NCBI RefSeq assembly: GCF_009834535.1
Contig: NC_045696.1
Coordinates: forward strand, 22,074,001 to 22,138,000
Direction of reading: 5' to 3'
Length of the DNA: 64,000 nt
Source of the DNA: Camelus ferus
Lineage: Eukaryota
Part shown: positions 1 to 13,669 of the stretch, one piece after another
How positions within the stretch are numbered: the stretch's first letter is position 1
Layout of the letters: each line of letters opens with the position of its first letter
The notes under the pieces: model-generated
Databases searched by the model: none
What the model was told of the DNA's origin: nothing
What the model saw: only the letters and a program-made list of their open reading frames with translations
Made by a program: the position numbers and the translations under genes

Positions 1-2217
1 GTTTCCCACAATGGCTGCACCAATGTATGTTCCCACCAACAGAGTATGAGAGTTCCCTTTTCTCTATATCCTCTCCAGCATGTGCTATTTGTGATCTTTT
101 TGATGACAGCCATTCTGACAGGTGTGAGGTTTCACACCTCATTGTGGTTCTGAATTGCACTTCTCTAATAATGATTGATGCTGAACCATCTTTTCATGTG
201 CCTGTTAGCCATCTGTATGTCTTCTTTGGAAAAATATTTATTCACATCTCCCCATTTTTGATTGGATTATTTGGGGTTTTTTGATACTGAGTTGTATGAG
301 CTGTTTATATATTTTGAATAATAATCCTTGTCAGTCGCACCATTTGCAAATATTTTCTCCCATTCTGTAAGTTGTCTTTTCACTTTGTCTACCGTTTCCT
401 TTGCTGTGCAACAGCTTTTATGTTTAATTAGGTCCCATTTGTTTATCTTTACTTTTATTTCTTTTGCCTTCAGAGGCTGATCCAAGAAAATATTCAAACA
501 TTCAGAGTGTTCCATCTATGTTCTCTTCTAGGATTTTCACAGTTTCAGGTCTTCTATTTATGTCTTTAAGCCATTTTGAGTTTATTTTTGTATATGGTGC
601 AAGAAAATGTTCTAATCTCAGTATTTTATATGTGGCTCTCCAGTTTTCCCAGCACCACTTATCAAAGAGACTGCCTTTTGTCCATAATATACTCATGCTT
701 CCTTTGTCGTAGATTAAATGACCACAGGTGTGTGGGTTTACTTTGGGGCTCTCAATTCTGTTCCATTGATCTATGTGTCTGCTTTTGTGCCAATACCATG
801 CTGTTTTGATTACTATAGCTTTGGTATAATCTGAAGTCAGGGAGCATGATACCTCCAACTTCATTTTTTTCTTCAGGATTGCTTTGGCAATTCTGGGTCC
901 TTTGTGGTTCCATATAAATTTTACAATTTGTTCTAGTCTAGTGAAAAACGTCATGGGTACTTTGATAGGGACTGCATTAACTCTGTAGATTTCTTTGGGT
1001 AGCATGGCCATCCTAACACTACTACTAATCCTTCCAACCCAAGAACATGACATATTTTTCTATTTCTTTGAATCTCCTTCAATTTCCTTTATCAGTGTTT
1101 TATAAACACGTGTCAGCACATAGGCCTTTCACCTCCTTGGTTAAGTTTATTCCTAGGTATTTTTTGACACAATTTTACATAAAATTGGTTTTTTACTTTC
1201 TCTTTCTGATATTTCCTTATTAGTGTATAGAAACACGACAGATTTCTGTATATTAATCTTGTATTCTGCTACCCTGCTGAATTCATTTATTAGTTCTAAT
1301 AGTTTTGGGGTGGAAACTTTAGAGTCCTCTTATAGAATGTCATGTCATGAGCCTGGCTAAACACTTATAATTTATCTTTTCAAAAAAACATCTCTTGGTT
1401 TCATTTATCTCTTCTATTATTTTTTGTTCTCTATTTTATTTATTCCCTCTCTGATCTTTATTCCTCCTTTCTGCTGACTTTGGTTTTTGTTTGTTCTTCT
1501 TTTTCTAACTCCTTAAATGGTAGGTTAGGTTGTTTATTTGAGATTTTTCTTGTTTCTTGAGGAAGGCCTGTTTTGTTAAAATTTCCTGCTTAGAACTGCT
1601 TTTGCTGTGTCACATAGATTTTGGAAAGTTGTGTTTTTATTTTCATTTGTCTCAAGGTATTTTTTGAATTCCTCTTTGGTTGCTTGATTGACCCGTTGGT
1701 TTTTAAATAGCATGTTGTTTAGCCTCCATGTGTTTGTTTTTCCCATTTTTTTTCCTGCAATTGATTTCTAGCTTCATACTGGTCACAATTTCAATCTCCT
1801 TTCTCCGCCTTGTTTGGTGTATAAGCAAGCATGTGCACACTCTTCATGAGCAGATTCTAGTTTTCTTAAGGCCCACTGTCAGTCCCACTGGTTTTCAAAC
1901 TAGCTGAGAGGACTCATCCTCCTAGTGGTTAGATCCCAGAGCTGGGATGACCAATATGTGGTTCAAACCACTCACTCCGCAGGGAATATCTCCAAGCCTG
2001 TGTAATTCCCCTCCTCCTAGGGGCACAGATCCCAACCTGACTATTTCTCTTCCCTTCCATGTGGATGTTTCTTACAGCCTTGGTTGTATAAGAGTTTTTC
2101 TGATGGTCTCCAGTTTGTTTTCAGTGAGAACTGCTCCATGTGTAGGTGTAGTTTTGATGTGTTTGTGGGGGGAGGTGAGCTCCATGTCCTCTTATTTCTC
2201 CTTCTTGATCTCCCCCA
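1..2217 (-). mobile_element. LINE-1 fragment, internally deleted (5' UTR plus ORF2 pieces), running off the window start
   Basis: Minus ORFs 502..1053 ([45 protein letters not shown]) and 267..515 (KINKWDLIK..CTAKETV..EWEKIFAN) are degenerate L1 ORF2 C-terminal sequence. The minus strand from ~2217 begins GGGGGAGATCAAGAAGG, resembling an L1 5' terminus. Confidence 0.85.
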
Positions 2218-3915
2218 CTCAACAGTATTTTTACTAGTTATATTTTTTCAGGTGAATTCAAAGATAAGGCTAAAGAATACAATCTTGATTTCTTGTGAAA
2301 AGATGCACATTTAGACCACGTCCAAGACTGTGGGCACTGGTCTTATAGATACACGGTAATGACCTAGGGATTCTAGGAAGGCCCACTTGCCCAAATATAT
2401 TTCATCAACTTGCCAATGTGCTTAGGATGCTCTATTGAAAATTCATGGTCCTGAATTCCAAAGATTTATTAACCATGATTAATCCTATATTAAAGTGTCA
2501 GTACCCTATGAGGACTGTCATTGAGATATTATCAAAGAATACCTTTCAGTAGCATGTCCCACCAGGTGTTTGATGCACGAGAAAGGAACTCTGTACTCAA
2601 GGTGAAAAGTACTAAACATTATTTTTCCCTCTTAGTTTGTCACAATATATATTAGCTTTGAGAAGATCAACAATTAGGAAAAAAAATCTTAAACTTTTTA
2701 AAACTCAGCAATTCCAAAACTCAGTTGACATTGAGACTCTTCTGGCTACTATGAGAATTAATAACAACAGCTAGCTGAAAGCAACATACCAAAAATTAAA
2801 CAAAAAAGGGACAACTGGATTGGGGCCAGAAAGCAGTGCTCAAATGACTAAGAGAATAATGACAGTGAGTATGAACTCTTCCCAAGGAGAAATTGAGTGT
2901 ATTCAGTCCTTTTCCTTGGATGGATCCTAGAGTTAATCAGGACTTTCTGATGGATACAATTCATTTGCCCAGACAGCTTTCATTTTATTGGAGGTGAGTC
3001 CTTGCAGAATCACCATCAGGAAGATGCATTTTAAGATGTATCACTATTATCTAAAGACAAAACAAGAGACAGTCACATGGACTTTCAAGAACATTATCTA
3101 CTGTCTCATTCAGTGTCCCTTATATAAAGCGCCACATTGAAAATGTTTTTCAGAACTTAGTGCTAAAAACAATTTTGCCTTCCCTAAGGAACTGAGATGC
3201 TTCCTCCTCTCCAAAAAGGAATATTAGGTCTTTCTACTTGCACTGATTACCAGGAAACCCAGAGCTAAATGTCAGAGTAAATACAACAACCACATAGCAT
3301 TTATGGCCTAGATGTTTGGGATCTTCTATCCTATTCTTACTGATGCATCCTCTAGTCGTGACTCTATTTCTCATTCCCCATTAGTTTATTGTCTGTGCTT
3401 GTTAAAAGCTGCCACAAGCCCACTTGGGAATATAAGAGGGCATAGGTGAGGGGATGGAAAGATAAATAAAGACAGAAAAACAGAAATGACTAGCTCCTGC
3501 AAGATTTATATGGAATGCAAAAATGTTACCTTATATGGGGCCTGGAATATTGTTAACACCTAATAATTTTAATATTTTAAGTAAAAAAGTATTTTCAGAT
3601 AATATTTGCCCCATCAAGATATTCAGGAAGGTAAGTTTATTACTGAAAGATAAAGTCAAGGATACTGAGCATGGTTTAGGCTGTCAGCTCCCACCAGTAC
3701 TTGGGTTGAAGGGATTCTACTGCGGATAGGCTAAGGAGTGGCAGTGAGGACACACCAGAAATAGGACACATAACCTGACAGGTAACATTCAAGGGAGATT
3801 CCCCTACAGATCTGCAGAGGGCTTAGGGTGAGTTCACCGTTTCTGCTGAAAACAGGTTGACCTACCAATAAGATAAAGTTAGGACAAGGTGTGCCTTCCA
3901 GGGGAGTAGACACGT

Positions 3916-3994
3916 ACAGACACACACACACACACACACAGACACACACACAGACACACACACACACACACACAGACACACACAGACACACACA

Positions 3995-4031
<37 letters not shown>
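3916..4031. repeat. Compound (CA)n/(CAGA) microsatellite
   Basis: About 115 bp of CA repeats interrupted by GA, read directly. Confidence 0.97.
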
Positions 4032-4032
<1 letters not shown>

Positions 4033-4266
4033 GCTAACATGTTTGGGTGAGCAGGTATGAATTTGGAGAAGAAACCCCATATTATCTATTCAGAATGTAT
4101 TTTGTAGCAAGGATAAATGGTAGAACAAGCATTTGTGTTCCAAAGAATTCAAAAACATGTCAATATATAGTTGACTGCTCCCATCATAGAAATCACATTC
4201 AGATATGGCTCATGAATAACATTGCCAACTTTAATATCCAATAATAAGCTGAACCACAGCTTACAT

Positions 4267-4368
4267 TTTGTCCTTTTTTTTTTTTTAATGAAGGTACTGT
4301 GAATAGAATCCAGCACCTCATGCATCCTAAGAAAGCACTCTACCAAGGAGCTATTACCCCAACCCCTT
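4267..4368 (-). mobile_element. tRNA-derived SINE (camelid vic-1-like)
   Basis: Minus strand reads GGGGTAATAGCTCCTTGGTAGAGTGCTTTCTTAGGATGCATGAGGTGCTGGATTCTATTCACAGTACCTTCATT then an A-tail (A-box/B-box-like head). Flanked by the 11-bp direct repeat ACAGCTTACAT at 4256-4266 and 4369-4379. Confidence 0.8.
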
Positions 4369-7300
4369 ACAGCTTACATCTTAGTGTTATAACTTGTGGT
4401 TTAAAAGCCCCCTCTCTCACTCCTGAGAGACTAGTGGGCAGAGAATAGAACTATCAGAATCTATAGAGTTGGGGAAGCTGTGACAGAAGCGTTGATTCTG
4501 ATTATGGTTTCCCAAAGGCACAACCATGGCCTGGTCTGAAGGGTACCTTATCTGTGACATCCTGCAGGGTAACCATTCTGAGGACATTATTGGAGAGGGG
4601 GTAGCACTACTGCTTGTACTAATTTTCCCAAGGGAAACTACATTGATTACACAAAAACAGAGAGGTTTCCAGATCCTGCCACTAGCACTGGGGGCATATA
4701 AAGTCAAATAAAACATGGAGCTTGCCCTAAAGGGGTTAGTTAAGGGTCCCAAAGTTCTGACTTTTTTCTTATAAGCTGACCTTTAGTCAAAATCCTTGCC
4801 CTTCTGAGGCCAGGAGAAGGTGACATATGCAGCGGAGAGGAGAGTTGTACTCTTAATGGGTACACTTGCTCTGGGCTCTTTATTTCTCTCGAATTTGCTC
4901 TGAAACCTGAACTGAACAGCCTTCGCAGCCCATCACACCTTCCTGATATACAAGTTGCGTACCATTGCCAATAATTCTGTTATTTGGAATTAGTGAATGG
5001 GGGTAAGAGCAGGTGGGTGCTTGCTAAATAGGGGTTTTTTGAAGGAACTTCTGGTTCTCTAGGGCATTGCGTCTCCTAACCTCTCATTTTCCTCTAATGT
5101 CATACTTATTTCTCTCATCCCATTTAGAACCAAATTTCATTAAGATAGTTCTACCCTTACCATCTTTATTTCTCTGTCTCCCATCCACTCCTCTGCTTAC
5201 TGCCTTCATCACTCCACCAAAACCACCTTACTAATATCCAGATTGCCTCCTTGTCAAGAAATCTGAAGAACAATTTTCAGTCCTTTTACTTAAGCTCTCA
5301 ATAACATTCCACACACTTGGCCATGTCCTCCTCTTAAAACCCTCTTGTTCCTTGACCTCTGTGAGACTAGACTCCCCTGGGACTGTTTTTTTTGTTTGTT
5401 TGTTTTTCTTTTTCCTGTTCTCTAGCCTCTTCTTCTTACCCATCTTATCCTTCTTACCATATCTCCCCCAATCTTTACCTGAAAATTGTATATGGGATTT
5501 CCTCAGGAAAATAATCCAGACACTCTTTTAACCTCACTCTGCATGCTCACACAGGGCCAGGAGTTGAATGGAATGTCACCCACTGGAGATATGTATCCTG
5601 TGCAGATTTACATGGGGATAATTTCATCCCCTCGCACAGCTTCACTTAGCACCTCTTTGTCAATAACTCCAACTTTGTATTTCCAGCCAAGAGCTTCCTT
5701 TTTAAGACATAACCATATGCAGACAGCCTATGCAACTCTCTGTATATTTTACAGGCACCTCATTACTTAATATATTCAAAACTGAGCTTTGAGACCTGAT
5801 ATTCCTGCAGTGCTATCTCACAGACAGAAGCCTAGGAGTTTTCTTTAATACCTTTGTCTCCATTACTTTTCATGTCCAAACACCAACTACAGACTGCCAA
5901 TTCCACCTTCTAAATACATCTTGAGCCACTCCACTTCTCTTAACCCCAAGGCCACCCCCATAGGCCACGTGTCCAAATGAACATGTGGACTAGTATGACA
6001 TCTTCTAAATGATCTTCCTGAATCATGTCCCGCCATCCACCAGTCCATTCCCCACACAACAGCTGGAGTACGCTTTTGTAAGTGTGTAACAAGCGTGAAT
6101 TGCATAGATTCAGAGACTTCACATGTGCAGAGTTGTAACATCCTTTAGTTCTCTGAAAATTAGCTTAGTCCTAAAGCCCCGTATGTACTAAGAAGTTAAA
6201 AACTTTATCTTGAAAAATCAAGGGACACTACATCATTTGGGTTAAATACTCCAATTCAGCTCATCAGCCAATTCAAGATTTTCCTCAGGATTCTCCAAAC
6301 TGTTCCTTCCTCCAGAGAATGATCTATGATCCTGTGATGATTATATATTGTTCTGGCCTTGGAAGAGTGAGGTAAGGGGTAACTTTTCCATAATCATTCT
6401 TTATCCTTAATGACCTCTCTTGAGATTTACCTCATCTTGACTGACCCCCATCAATGATGTCTTCTGTTCTCATTGAGTAGAAAAGGGGCAGTTAAAAAAA
6501 AAAAGAAAAGAAAAAAAAAGGGAAGTAAGCAGACAAAAGAATTTTAAATTGGTCATTGCATATGACCCCCATTTCTCTTGGAATATGGCATAAGTATGAA
6601 CCATGTAGTCTTGCATGAACTCGCTCCTCCCCCCCCCCTTGCTAGGTAATTTACTTCCCTCTCCTCTTTCTTGGGTTCTACCATATTGATATTCAACTCA
6701 AATGCATTAAGTTCTCCCCAGATCCGGGGCCTCTGCTCACGCTGGACTGCTGTACCCTCTGTAATACTTTTGTCTTGATTTCTAACCTCATCCCCTCACT
6801 TAACTATCTCCTTACTAGGTCATAGCTAAAATATGACTTCCTCAGGGAAGCTCTTTCCAAACTAGCTGTAATCACCATTTCTCAAGCTCCAACAGACTGT
6901 TCTTTCCATTTGTACCATTCATAATTGAAGTAAATTATATTCAACATATGAATCGCCTACACTCTAAGCTCTATGAAGAAAGAGGCTATGACTGTCACAT
7001 TCATGGCAAGATTATTAGTCACAGTACAGTGCCTGGTCCATTGGAAGCCCTCAGTAATCCCGTTTTATTTTGTTTCACTTAACCCAATAACCACCCAGTC
7101 TACCATTTCTTCATTGCCTTTAGCAGGTGTATCCTCCTCAGATGTTGGTATCAGCAGACTGTTGCCTTAAACTGGTGGTTCTCTCTGCCTACCCTCTATA
7201 CAAAGGATTCTATACATCTGTACATCTATTCACCTGGATTTAACTAGCCATATGCTATGATTTCAAAATACATTTCTTCCCCCCAATCACAAGCTTCAGA

Positions 7301-10300
7301 TTTTTATATCTAATTGTCTACTAAGTATTTCCAACTGGATGTTACACAGACACTTCAAACATGTTCCAACCGAGCTCATCTTTTTCCCACTCCTCCACTC
7401 CAACCATCACCTGTTCCTCCTACAATTACATTTACAATTTCAATTAATGGTGTCATCAACCACCTACTTTCCTAAAGCAGAATCTTGTAGTCATTCTAAA
7501 CTCCTGTGTACCCACATCTTTTCATTCACTAATTATTCCTCCCACATGGTTCTATAATCCTTCTCCCATCCCTACTACTGCTGCCTAATCAGGTTTCCGT
7601 TCTTTCTTACCTTGACTACTGAAACAGACTCCTAATAACTCTTTTCATCTCAATTTCGCCATCCTTTGAAGCTTCCCCCACATAGCAGCCAGAATAACGT
7701 ACCTAAAATTCAATTTCACTATACAGTTTCTGAGCTTAAACCCCTTTCAAGGCTTTCCATAGCCTTGTTACTCAGTTAACACTATTGTCCCTTTATAATT
7801 TGACTCTACTTTTTCACTTCTACCTTCTACTTAACCTTTGAATGATCTCCAACTGCTTTCAGTTCCAACTAAGCAGTGATGCTTCCTTCATCTTTTATGG
7901 TGTCCCCAAGCCTAAAATGTCACTCAGCTCCTACCTACCCTTCAAGATTAGATTCTGGGGAAGTCTCTTCCAAGAAGCTCAAACATCTGGTTTAGACTGA
8001 GTCACTCTCTGCTCTCCCACAACCCCAAGCCAACCTCTCATTATTACCACATAATTTGAGATGAGCTGTTTATAGTCTGTCTTCTCCAGCAAACAACTGA
8101 ATCCTTGAGAACTGGCCCAATATAATATTTGTGTTTGTGCCCCAGGATGTAGTGGACAACCTGGCACATGCTAGGTATCTAAAAACAGCTATGGTACTGA
8201 AATCTCTGTGGTCACTTAGACTTTCTGTGACAGAACCTATTATCTATTTTACCCCTTCTTTCTGGTACTCTGTTGAATTCCAATTTCATTCCTGGTAACA
8301 AGGTTCCCAGATCAGTGATGACATTTCCCAATCTCCCTTGCCGTGACCAAGACCAAGGCAATGTAAAAACCACTGCTAACTTTCTGGAAACCACTTTAAA
8401 AGAGGTTGACTCAAATGGAGAAAGAATGCTTTGTTCACTTATTCCTCCCCTCTTCTACCTGAAACATGTTCACAAAGTCTAGAGTTCTAGGAGACATCAT
8501 ATGTCCTTGAAGATGCAAAGCCATGTGCTGAAGATAGGAGTCTGGTAACCTAATGACCATGGAGCTTTCATACAAGCCTAGCACAGCATCCTTTTAGACT
8601 TTTGTTATATGAGAGACTATGATCCATACTTTGTTTAGACTGTGTCTTTGTTACCAGCAACTGAATGCAATGGTAGCTGCTAGCTCTGAATAAAATTTTC
8701 TTCTTAAATGATGCAACAGAAAATTAAATTTGATCATGAAAAAAAAAAAAGCTTCATTGGGATCATCTAGGATACATCTATTTCTAAATGTATTGTCCAG
8801 AAACTGGCAGGTTGGATGATCTTTAATAGATAGTGAGCTACTTTGTTTTTCCAACTGTTATTTAACTCCAGTGACTTGTCACTTTAATGGAGTTGGAGTT
8901 CCTGAGGTAATTACGTGAGTAACTTTTATAGTACTCTTATTCACAGCTAGTAATTATTATGCGGGCTTCGTAATGCCAAATTAAGAAATACAGACAGAGT
9001 AATTAGAGTTCTTTTAAGGATTTATAATCAAGAAAGCATTAATAGACCATGATGTATTTACATGTATCTATGTGTATGCACAGATATAAATCTTTACACA
9101 GATAGCAAACATAAATTATTATTTTTTCACTTAGTCTCTCCATCTATCAAGTATAAAATAAAACAATGAAAACAATACCACATAGACACACACAAATTTC
9201 AAATATACACTGGATTCTGGGTCTCCGACGTAACCAGTATCATGTCTTGTGTATCTAACGACTTACTCACTTGTGGATCTTGTTCCCCACACAGGGCAAC
9301 CACAGGCTATTTTCAAGCCATAGTGGCTCAGTTTAAATTCTCTTCAGTTGTGACCTAGACCTTGGCAGCATGTGGCCTCTTCTCCGGACATTTAAGGCTA
9401 ACTTTTCAACAATCATCAGTGTCCATTCCCTGAATGACTCTGAACTGCTTAGAGTCTGTGCCACCACCGGCTGTTTCTGCATCACTCGCTAGAGCTTCTC
9501 CCTCCCAGTGGATGGTCACTCACTGTGTGCAATGATTTCTTCAAACACTCATTCCCTTCTAAGCCATTTAAAGTCCATGTAAGACAAAGCCTTGATCCAG
9601 CCAGCAAAACATTTATTTTGTTTTGTTTCTAAGGATCAATGATAGGATATGAGATGAGGGATATTCAAACTGTAAATGTCATATCTTGATCCTGATGTTT
9701 TGCATTTAATAGGTGCACATTTTTCATAACAAGCAGTTTGCCCAAGACTCATTCATTCACTGACTTACCAATATTAAGTATCTGGTACGTGCTTAGCACT
9801 GTGGATACTATAGTGAGCAAAAACAGGTATGGTATCTAGTTACATATTGTGGGGAAGACAGGTATTATGTAAATTATCACAAACATAAGTTCACAATTGC
9901 AAACTTAAAATTAGTGCTAAAAGGCTCCTCTCCTACCTCACAGAGATCCAAGAGGCTATCATCCCGGGCTTGCAGGGGTATGAGTCCTCAGAAATATCCA
10001 CTGAATAAAACATAATTCTCAATTTTAGGTTGTACATTTATTTCAGTCGACAACTGCTAAGTCTTTAATACCTAGAAAACTGTGTGAACATATTGGATAT
10101 TCAATAAATACTTTAATTAATGAATGAGTGAATGAATCTTTTCCCTCAGTCCTAACAAATTCTAAATTTTGTTTGAGACTATTCCAGTGGATCAAAAACA
10201 GTGTTCTTAAATGACTATGTCTGATCTTATTCACTTATATTTATTTATATGTAATAAAACTCCCCAACTTACTTCTTTTTTTTCCACTGCATCCTTCCAA

Positions 10301-11389
10301 TCTACGTATATTATAAAAATTTTAAATGAGGAGAAATCAGTTCAGTTTGTTCTTCTTTCTCAACATCTGCTGGTTTTTAGAATAATAATGCCACTGGTTG
10401 TTTCTGATTCAAACACAGTGTGAGGCTTTGTTTCTTACAAGTCAACCAAGCAAGCAAACAATGAGAATTACTCCCAGCTTGAAGAGGCACATTGAATCTC
10501 GAAACTCAATGGATGCCCCCATCATGCTAAAATCAGCATGATCTAAAATCATCATCAGTTCCTCTTTGACCTTGTTCCCTCAGAAACCATACACACTCTC
10601 ACACACACACATAATTCTGATATACAACAAAGTTTTCCAATTTTTTTGTGGGAATTCTTTCATCTCAGAGATTTGCTTTTAAATTGATTCCCAGAGTATG
10701 CTGGGATCTGACAACAGTTAAAGCTCTGGAACAAAGAGGGGTAAGGGTGGGATGGAAGAAAAATTAGCTTCCCTCAGCCAGGTAAATCCCTTAGATGGGT
10801 CTATTAAAAGACTTGTTAAGAGTCTTTAAGCAAAGAGGAAAGCGTATCATCGGAAAATGAATGAGGGCTGCTTCACTGGCAACAAAGCTCAGCGGGGAGT
10901 TGAAGTTCCTCCCACATAACAAAATCTCCATTTTTAGCATCCTATCTTTTCCTCATCAATGCCAAGACTCCACATCAGACATATGACAGGACCATGAATT
11001 CAAATGACATTGAATCTAGGAAACCCATAGACTCAATGTATGCATGTGTGTTTTAGTTCTCTCAACCCAGTGACTGCAAGAAATGTGATGTTCCTTTTGC
11101 AGAGTCAAAAAAAGTCACTGATTTTCAGTCTATGCCTTCAGGAGAAAACTGTACTGTTGTCACGAGTAAATTTATCTCTTTAAGCTTTGTGGAAACTTTA
11201 ATAGCAAACACTACACAGTTCTTGCATAGTCCTTCCTACTGGCCTCCTGCAGAAGCTAAGTGGTCCCCAAAGCCTTCTTTCAATTAGCTCTACATTCCAG
11301 GGTGAAATTTTTAATATATTGTGTCACCTCTGCATACCATACTTTACCCGAGACTCACTGCTTACTAGCAATAGTGTTCACTACCTTTA

Positions 11390-11800
11390 TCTGTGTATCA
11401 GTTAGCTACTGACACAATAATGCTGTATAACAAAACTAGATGGCTTAATATAATTACTTATTCTTGCTCCTGTAACTTCAGGTTGGCAGAAGTTGGCATA
11501 TCTAGCTTGAGCTCAATTGGACTTCAAGATGTTCTACATATGTCCCATCCTCCTTGGACTACCAGGCTAGCTGAGGCATCTTTTTCTCACAGTGATAGCA
11601 GAAATGCAAGAAGTCAGACAACCACTGAACAAATAAACACATCTCAGACCTTGGCTCATATTTTGTCCTCCAATATCCCACTAGCCAAACCAAGTCACAT
11701 AGCCAAACTCACCATCAGTGAGGCAGGGTGGAACACTCTACACACAGTGTAGAAGAAAAGGAAAGTGACTTGTTTGTTGAATAATAATTCAAACTATCAT
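11390..11800. mobile_element. Old MaLR (MLT1-like) LTR
   Basis: Starts TGTATCAGTTAGCTACTGACACAATAATGCTGTATAACAAAAC and contains TCCCACTAGCCAAACCAAGTCACATAGCCAAACTC, typical MLT1 motifs. Boundaries approximate. Confidence 0.6.
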
Positions 11801-12097
11801 AATCCCCAGTAAAGTCAGATAAGAAATCTTGGATTCCCTTCTTTCTGTAAATACCTGTGTCTGCACAAACTGCTGATTTAAAATTCTATATCAATAGGGT
11901 TTTCACAAACAAACAACAGAAACCAACTCTGTCAGAAAATGAGAATATTGAAAGAATATGGAATTATTAACAGGTGGAATAGAGAAACTGAGGAACTAGG
12001 GTCAGAGGCTCCAAAATCAGTTCAAATGCATTAAGCACCACACAGCACAGATCTGTCCTATGTGAAGACACACTGCCCACTGCCTTTGAGCTCTAGG

Positions 12098-12385
12098 TCT
12101 ACACTGTCCAATATGAGAGTCTTAGACACATATGGCTATGGAGCACTTGAAATGTGGCTGGTCCAAACTGCAGTGTGCTCTACACCAGATTTTTGAAGTA
12201 CAAAGAAAAGAATTATAAAATAGTACATCAGTTTCTTAAGCTGTTGACATGTTGAAATTGTAACATTTGGGTGAAATAAAATATATTCTTAAAATTAATT
12301 CTACCTTTTTTTTTTAATTAGACAACTAGAAAGTTTTAAGTGGTATATGTGACTCACATTACACTTCACCTGGACAGCACTGCTC
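12098..12385. mobile_element. hAT-Charlie DNA transposon (MER33/MER3-like)
   Basis: CTGTCCAATA..CACATATGGCTATGGAGCACTTGAAATGTGGCTGGT at the left end and the inverted terminus TGGACAGCACTG at the right end. Confidence 0.7.
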
Positions 12386-12829
12386 TTGAAACTGCAGCCT
12401 GCACTCCCTACTCTGCCAGCACTGGGTTCTAGTATGTGCTGCTGGCACCACCACCAATGTGGTCTCCAGAAACTGGAAGTTGCTATAACAGCCAGCACCA
12501 GCTGAGAAGAGTCTTCCCTATCCTGTCTTCTTTGCATCCCAAACATAATCCAGGCAAGATTCATCTTCTCAGTCAAACCAGGGTCACATGCTTATGTCCT
12601 AGATTCAGAAGAGGCTAACAAAGTGTGTATATGGTGCTTCAAGCCTCTCACCTCTACAGAAAGAGAAACAACCAAGATTCATAAAGTGGAATTCCCCGAA
12701 TATAGAGAGGTTTCTACAGTGAGTATTCAAAAGTCAGTAAAAATTCCACTTTTTGACCTACTATTTTCCTCTTGAGAAATATAACCTTAAGAAATAGAAA
12801 TATAGGCAGAGGGTTTTTACAAAGATTTC

Positions 12830-13250
12830 TATCTTAGTTGGGTTCTGCCCGAAGCACATACAGAAATAAACAGTTCACTTGTGAGATGATCCACGAGCAA
12901 CAGTAGGGAGCTGGGGAAGAAAGACAAAGCAAAGAAGGAAATCAGTTCAAGGGTGCATCAGTGAGGAGGTCAGTGGGGCTCAGCCCCTCTGGGACCTCTG
13001 GGACCCTGGTTAGAACACACCACAGGGTAGCGCCATCTGAGGAAGGGGGCTGACAGAGCTGAGGGCTGATCCTGGGAATGTTTATTCCCTGGCACTCCCA
13101 GCCTGTGTGGGCAAGTGTAGGCCTACATCCAGGGAAAGAACCTAGGCAGAAAGTCACAAATGCCATTAGCACATATGAGAAAAGTGAGACATGGGAAGAC
13201 AGGTAAGCGGATATGAATGAGGCCGTGACAGCAGAAACAACTTCCAAGTT
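12830..13250. mobile_element. ERVL LTR fragment (LTR16-like)
   Basis: TCTTAGTTGGGTTCTGCCCGAAGCA..CAGTAGGGAGCTGGGGAAG..GGGCTCAGCCCCTCTGGGACCTCTG resembles LTR16. Recognised by eye. Confidence 0.5.
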
Positions 13251-13268
13251 GTTTTTTAAAATGATCGT

Positions 13269-13647
13269 TGTAGTTGGCTTGGAATGCCCTAACAAAATAC
13301 CATGGACTGGGTGGCTTAAACAACAGACATTTATTTCTCACACTTCTGAAGGCTGGGAAGTCCCATACCTGGGTGTTGGCAGACTCAGTTCTTGGGGAAA
13401 GCCCACGTCCAGGCTTGCAGATGGCTGCCTTCTTGCTGTGTCCTCACACAGTGGAAAGAGAGAGAGAGAGAGAGAGAGAGAGTTTGGCCTCTTCTTACAA
13501 GGCTACTGATTCCATCATGGGGCCCCACCCTCATGACCTCATCTAAAGCTGATTACCCACCAAAGGCCCCATCTCCAAATGCCATCACACTGGGGTTAGG
13601 ATTTCAACATATGAATCTGGGAGGGACAAAATATTCAGCCTATAACA
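13269..13647 (-). mobile_element. MaLR LTR (MLT1A-like) containing an (AG)13 tract at 13457-13482
   Basis: TG...CA termini. Contains AACAAAATACCATGGACTGGGTGGCTTAAACAACAGACATTTATTTCTCAC and GGATTTCAACATATGAATCTGG..ATTCAGCCTATAACA. Confidence 0.8.
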
Positions 13648-13669
13648 ATAATGTTTTTGAAATTTTTAA

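Noticed and set aside
267..1053. Functional reverse transcriptase gene
   Set aside because: Frameshifted, internally deleted L1 ORF2 remnant.
3731..4080. Cys/Val-repeat ORFs
   Set aside because: They are translations of the CA microsatellite.
4290..4365. Functional tRNA gene
   Set aside because: Degenerate boxes, an A-tail and a TSD indicate a retroposed SINE.
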